Source of the DNA: Candidatus Omnitrophota bacterium
GTDB taxonomy: Bacteria; Omnitrophota; Gorgyraeia; Gygaellales; Profunditerraquicolaceae
NCBI GenBank assembly: GCA_049517335.1
Contig: JBEKSD010000021.1
Span: 1 to 18,501, forward strand
Length of the DNA stretch: 18,501 bases
Direction of reading: 5' to 3'
The notes beneath the pieces are model-generated. The model was not told the DNA's origin. It worked only from the letters and a program-made list of their open reading frames with translations, and searched no databases. The first letter of the stretch is position 1. Every line of letters begins with the position of its first letter. Position numbers and translations under genes: made by a program. This document shows positions 14,537 to 18,501 of the stretch, one piece after another.

Positions 14537-15259
14537 ATGGAAAACTTAAAGTTATCCGATAAATATAAGAATATTCTTCAAAAACTCACTCAAGACTTAA
14601 AGGATGTTTATCAGGAAGGATTGGTGTCGATAATTCTTTATGGTAGCGCAGTAAGCGGAGAATTTGTGGATAAACATTCAAATTTGAATCTGCTTGTAGT
14701 ATTGAAAAGCACAGACTTAGAGAATTTAAAGAAATCATCAAAGCTGATACGTAAATTTAATATGATTAATACCTTGTTTTTAACAGAAAATTATATTGCC
14801 AATTCCATAGACATTTTTCCTATTGAATTTCTAGATATACAGGAAAATCATTTTGTAATATACGGTAAGAATATCCTAAAAGATATCCATATTGATATGT
14901 GTAATTTACGATTTCAGTGTGAACACGAACTAAAAGCAAAACTGCTTAAATTAAGGCAGGCATACTTAATGCTTCACGATAATGCTACTACGCTTAGGAA
15001 TTTACTATTTTTATCATTTACCTCAATTTTACATATAATAAGAAATGTTTTACGTTTGAAAGGGAAGGAACCACCTTATTTAAAACAGGATATTTTAAAA
15101 GAAATTGGTATGGAATTTAAAATTGATATTATACTTTGGGAAAAAATATTAGCTGCTAAAAATAAAAATGTAAAATTAAGCGGGAAAGAAATTGAACAAT
15201 TATTCATTAGTTTTGTTAGAGAATTAGAGTCGATAGTTGCTATTATTGATAAGTTATAA
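14537..15259 (+). CDS. Nucleotidyltransferase-fold protein with a C-terminal helical domain
   Basis: SIILYGSAVSGEF...SNLNLLVVL, DIFPIEFLDI and NLRFQCEHELK motifs; AGGAGG RBS. Confidence 0.8.
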   Translation: MENLKLSDKYKNILQKLTQDLKDVYQEGLVSIILYGSAVSGEFVDKHSNLNLLVVLKSTDLENLKKSSKLIRKFNMINTLFLTENYIANSIDIFPIEFLDIQENHFVIYGKNILKDIHIDMCNLRFQCEHELKAKLLKLRQAYLMLHDNATTLRNLLFLSFTSILHIIRNVLRLKGKEPPYLKQDILKEIGMEFKIDIILWEKILAAKNKNVKLSGKEIEQLFISFVRELESIVAIIDKL

Positions 15260-15263
15260 GTAT

Positions 15264-16010
15264 ATGCGTAAAATATTTCTTACATTTTATTTCCTTATTT
15301 TTACTCTTTTGGGTTATGCCCAAAATGTTCCCCAACCGGTAGGCTGGGTCAATGACTTTGCAAAGGTTATTGATAAAGGAAATACCGATAAACTCAGCTC
15401 TTTAATTGAAGAAGTAGAACAAAAGACGACTACGGAAATTGCTGTAGTAACAATTAATTCCATCGCCCCTTATGATGAAAAAGAATATGCAAGACTTCTT
15501 TTTGATAATTGGAAGCTGGGGAAGAAAGGAAAAGACAATGGTGTTTTAGTACTTTTATCGGTTAAAGAAAGACGCTGGCGTATTGAGACTGGATATGGAG
15601 TGGAAGGAGTTTTACCAGATGGTCTATGCGGCGAGATTGGCCGAAACTATATGGTACCGTATTTTAAAGAAGGTAAGTACGGGGAAGGTTTATATCAAGG
15701 TATATGCGCCATCGCGAATATTATTGCTAAAGATACGCATGTTACTTTGGCTGGACTAGGTAATTTTGAAGAAATTACCACGGAAAACCAGTCTTCATCG
15801 AGTATGCCCAATGCTTTAGGAACGTTGGTTATTATCATTATTATCGTATTATTTATTGTGATAAGTAATTTGGGAACATATAGAAACAGATATTCCGGCG
15901 GCGGTTACTATGGCGGTTCCTGGGGTGGTGGTTTTGGAAGCGGAGGAGGCGGTTTTGGAGGTTTTGGCGGAGGGGGAGGCGGTGGCGGCGGTGCCGGAGG
16001 TGGATTTTAG
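15264..16010 (+). CDS. TPM-domain (YgcG-like) membrane protein with a Gly-rich tail
   Basis: VNDFAKVI, EIAVVTI, WKLGKKGKDNGVLVLL, RIETGYGVEGVLPDG, one TM helix, then GGFGGFGGGGGGGGGAGGGF. Start placed at ATG 15264. Confidence 0.92.
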   Translation: MRKIFLTFYFLIFTLLGYAQNVPQPVGWVNDFAKVIDKGNTDKLSSLIEEVEQKTTTEIAVVTINSIAPYDEKEYARLLFDNWKLGKKGKDNGVLVLLSVKERRWRIETGYGVEGVLPDGLCGEIGRNYMVPYFKEGKYGEGLYQGICAIANIIAKDTHVTLAGLGNFEEITTENQSSSSMPNALGTLVIIIIIVLFIVISNLGTYRNRYSGGGYYGGSWGGGFGSGGGGFGGFGGGGGGGGGAGGGF

Positions 16011-16022
16011 AAAGGAGAAAAA

Positions 16023-16589
16023 ATGAAAAGTATTCTTATAGGATTAGCGATAGTTGTTCTTATCGTAGTCTTTGTTATCATGGGTTTTGCAGGAGTTTAT
16101 AATAGCATTGTCTCAAAACAGGAAACAATCACTGCCAAATGGGCGCAGGTAGAAAATCAATTGCAGAGACGCAATGACTTGATACCAAATTTAGTCAGTA
16201 CAGTTAAAGGTTACGCTGCACATGAAAAAACTGTTTTGGAAGATATCACCAATGCCCGTTCTCAATGGACAAAAGCAAGCTCAATGGAAGAGAAAGTTAA
16301 AGCAGCAGGGGCAATAGATAGAGCATTGGGTCGTCTTCTTATGGTTACGGAAAATTACCCAAATTTAAAAGCAGACCAGACATTCTTGAAACTTATGGAT
16401 GAACTATCTGGCACTGAAAATCGTATCTCAGTAGAAAGGATGCGGTATAACGAGGCTGTCAGAGATTATAATGTTACTGTAAGAATGTTCCCGGGTAATA
16501 TTGTGGCAGGAATGTTTGGTTATAAGGTGGCCACAGAATACTTCAAAGCAGAAGAAAAAGCAAAAACTGTTCCCGAAGTAAAGTTCTGA
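16023..16589 (+). CDS. lemA: LemA family protein
   Basis: WAQVENQLQRRNDLIPNLVSTVKGYAAHE, ENYPNLKA, ELSGTENRI, RYNEAV, FPGNIVA, PEVKF. Confidence 0.96.
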   Translation: MKSILIGLAIVVLIVVFVIMGFAGVYNSIVSKQETITAKWAQVENQLQRRNDLIPNLVSTVKGYAAHEKTVLEDITNARSQWTKASSMEEKVKAAGAIDRALGRLLMVTENYPNLKADQTFLKLMDELSGTENRISVERMRYNEAVRDYNVTVRMFPGNIVAGMFGYKVATEYFKAEEKAKTVPEVKF

Positions 16590-16660
16590 ATTCGTCCATG
16601 ATAGGTGGATAGGCTAAGGATATAAAGAAATGGAAGCTTACCTTCTGGGGGGGAGTGGGA

Positions 16661-16762
16661 AGGGATAGCTCTTAAATTCTACCATAGCTGTGTGTAAAGA
16701 GGTCGTCTCCTTCTATAATCGTTCCGCTATTCCCAAAAATATTTCTTACTACTCCATAAATT
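16661..16762. repeat. Diverged dispersed repeat, copy B (homologous to 2186-2293)
   Basis: Same orientation as copy A; shared core TACCA(A)TAGCTGTGT and a second block TCTTA...CA.AAATT. Confidence 0.55.
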
Positions 16763-16782
16763 ATTTAATCACGTAATTTTTT

Positions 16783-16813
16783 TGAAACTTTTTCTTAAGT
16801 TATGTTGTCTAAT
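16783..16813 (+). promoter_or_regulatory. ECF sigma-type promoter
   Basis: TGAAAC-17 nt-TGTCTAAT; the same motifs and spacing occur upstream of the ECF sigma gene. Confidence 0.7.
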
Positions 16814-16892
16814 CTAATAGAAACAGGAAGAATATCTATATTTCATCAAGTTATTTTATTGTAGAAAAAGAGAACAAGGAAGAAGGATATTC

Positions 16893-17441
16893 ATGACAAA
16901 ACAAATACTAAAAAGTAAGGTTTTGGTAGTTGTAGCTCTTCTTTTGGCATTCACGGTATCTTATTCATCGAATGCATTTGCTTGGGGAGGCCACGGCGGC
17001 CATGGCCATTACTACTATCGCGGTGGTCGCTGGTATGATAGTGGATGGTTTTGGGGAGGTTTTGCAACTGGGCTGGCAATTGGCACAATAGTCGTAACGC
17101 TTCCTCCTTATTATGAAACTGTTTATGTAAACGGTGCCCCATATTACTATTATGATAGCGTCTACTACAGACCAGGTCCTAGCGGATATATCGTTGTTCC
17201 GGCACCAGCAACTACTACTGTTGTAACAGCGCCTGCCGCTATCCCTGTTGCAGCTGCACCTACTGTTACACAGCCAAAAGTGACATCCGGTGAAGCGATA
17301 GTAATAAACATCCCTAATGCAAGTGGCGGATACACGCCGGTTACATTAACTAAACACAAAACTGGTTACATAGGCCCGCAAGGGGAATATTACGAAGGGC
17401 ATCCGACCGTTGAGCAGTTAAGAGTTTTATATGGAAAGTAA
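16893..17441 (+). CDS. Secreted Gly/Tyr/Pro-rich protein (DUF6515-like)
   Basis: Signal peptide ending NAFA-W; GLAIGTIVVTLPPYYETVYVNGAPYYYYDSVYYRPGPSGYIVVPAP; C-terminal GYIGPQGEYY...PTVEQLRVLYGK. Confidence 0.8.
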   Translation: MTKQILKSKVLVVVALLLAFTVSYSSNAFAWGGHGGHGHYYYRGGRWYDSGWFWGGFATGLAIGTIVVTLPPYYETVYVNGAPYYYYDSVYYRPGPSGYIVVPAPATTTVVTAPAAIPVAAAPTVTQPKVTSGEAIVINIPNASGGYTPVTLTKHKTGYIGPQGEYYEGHPTVEQLRVLYGK

Positions 17442-17471
17442 GATACCAGCAATATATAAGGAAAGGAGACA

Positions 17472-17750
17472 GTGATGTGCATGATGATGTCTGGAGTAGT
17501 TTTTTCTTTTGTTCATGCGGTTGTGCTTTTAGCCATTAGTTTTTTTATTCTACTAGCTGTTCGTAAATTAGACTCTCAGAATATCAAAACATTCGGCTAT
17601 GTTATTGCGGTTTTGCTGTGGGTTGCTGCAGCGCTGGTCCTTGGCAAGGGAGTCTCCGTTCGTCATCCCATGTTCCACAGGATGCATATGATGGGCGAGA
17701 AGTATCCCGAAGTTTCTCAGCATGTCGAACAGGCAGCGCCAACTAAATAA
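17472..17750 (+). CDS. Small two-TM membrane protein with Met/His-rich termini
   Basis: AAGGAG RBS, GTG start, two hydrophobic helices (ISFFILLAVRK; FGYVIAVLLWV), tail HPMFHRMHMMG. Confidence 0.75.
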   Translation: MMCMMMSGVVFSFVHAVVLLAISFFILLAVRKLDSQNIKTFGYVIAVLLWVAAALVLGKGVSVRHPMFHRMHMMGEKYPEVSQHVEQAAPTK

Positions 17751-17792
17751 ATATTTATTTGTGTCAGCAAAAGACAATATTTTTGGAATTCA

Positions 17793-17831
17793 GTTAGGCT
17801 GAACTAATTAGGTTCAGCCTAACCATTTTTT
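17793..17831 (+). terminator. Rho-independent terminator
   Basis: Perfect 12-bp stem GTTAGGCTGAAC-7 nt-GTTCAGCCTAAC followed by CA and a T-run. Confidence 0.85.
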
Positions 17832-17969
17832 AGATATAAATCCCATTACCATTTCAAAAATGAAGGGGTATAATTATAAAATAACAGAAGAAGATAACTA
17901 TAAGTAGAGGGCCAGGATTGTTATTTGTTTACTAGTTTACGCTGCATTATATTTATTATAGGTTATCCA

Positions 17970-18000
17970 TGCAACTTTTAGCTAAAATTGTTTGTCTAAT
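17970..18000 (+). promoter_or_regulatory. ECF sigma-type promoter, probably autoregulatory
   Basis: TGCAAC-17 nt-TGTCTAAT, 15 nt upstream of the ECF sigma ATG. Confidence 0.75.
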
Positions 18001-18015
18001 ATATAGGAAGCATCA

Positions 18016-18501
18016 ATGCGAGATATACCGAAGGGAACCTTGATAAAGGCTCAGGGGGATGATCTTGAGTCTTTTGAAAATATTTATAAAGAAACTTCTG
18101 GTTTTATTTATAATATCGCATTTCGCATTGTGAATAACAAGCAAGATGCTGAAGAAGTTGTGCAGGATGTTTTTCTGAATATTTATCACAATTTAAAGAA
18201 TTTCCGTTTTCAGTCTTCTTTTAAAACATGGGTTTATAGGATTACGGTAAATTGTGCGATTAATTATGTCAAAAAAATGACTAGAGAAAAAAATAGAATA
18301 AAAGAATACGGCAATAATTTGATTCAAACAGGTGAAATATCTCAAGAGCCAGAGATAGAAAAAACAAATGAGGGACAAGAAAAAATAATTAATTCGCTTT
18401 TAGGGCTTCTAGATGTTAATCAAAGAGCCTGTATCGTCTTAAGAAATATTGAAGGCTTAAGTTACCAGGAGATCTCTAATACCTTAAAAATTAATATTAA
18501 T
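18016..18501 (+). CDS. ECF (sigma-70 family, RpoE/SigW-like) sigma factor, 3'-partial
   Basis: Manual translation MRDIPKGTLIKAQGDDLESFENIYKETSGFIYNIAFRIVNNKQDAEEVVQDVFLNIYHNLKNFRFQSSFKTWVYRITVNCAIN...QRACIVLRNIEGLSYQEISNTLKINI, covering region 2 and the start of region 4. Open to the window end, so absent from the ORF track. Confidence 0.95.
   Translation, partial: MRDIPKGTLIKAQGDDLESFENIYKETSGFIYNIAFRIVNNKQDAEEVVQDVFLNIYHNLKNFRFQSSFKTWVYRITVNCAINYVKKMTREKNRIKEYGNNLIQTGEISQEPEIEKTNEGQEKIINSLLGLLDVNQRACIVLRNIEGLSYQEISNTLKININ

Noticed and set aside
15895-16010. G-rich low-complexity tract as a repeat element
   Set aside because: It encodes the normal Gly-rich tail of TPM-domain proteins.
3022-18378. 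Short overlapping ORFs (3022-3276, 3766-3978, 5637-5834, 5936-6178, 9391-9609, 11755-12144, 13996-14364, 16951-17142, 17165-17359, 17568-17777, 18193-18378)
   Set aside because: Each overlaps a better-supported gene in another frame or strand; 18193-18378 is antisense to the ECF sigma gene.
1-18501. CRISPR array, tRNA or rRNA genes, intact transposase
   Set aside because: No regularly spaced repeats, cloverleaf/T-loop motifs, rRNA-like sequence or transposase ORF seen.

Overview
AT-rich bacterial window; the style of the small secreted proteins is compatible with Ca. Omnitrophota/PVC-type organisms, but that is an impression only. Left end: a truncated response-regulator receiver gene, an APC amino-acid permease (minus strand) and an intergenic region holding a decayed tyrosine-recombinase fragment. 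Centre (2732-11316): a redox and radical-SAM cluster made of a thioredoxin-CcdA fusion, an intervening lipoprotein toxin-like/CPCC immunity-like pair, a NapH-like membrane polyferredoxin, a DsbD_2-like membrane protein, a degenerate membrane spermidine-synthase-like protein, and an AmmeMemoRadiSam system. Its radical SAM enzyme and its fused MEMO-AMMECR1 protein both carry N-terminal membrane/export signals. Right part: envelope genes (class A beta-lactamase-like serine hydrolase, NodB deacetylase, secreted proteins, NTase-TPM-LemA) and an ECF sigma gene running off the end, with two matching ECF-type promoters. A diverged ~105-nt repeat occurs at ~2190 and ~16660. All family calls come from motif recognition by eye, not database searches.
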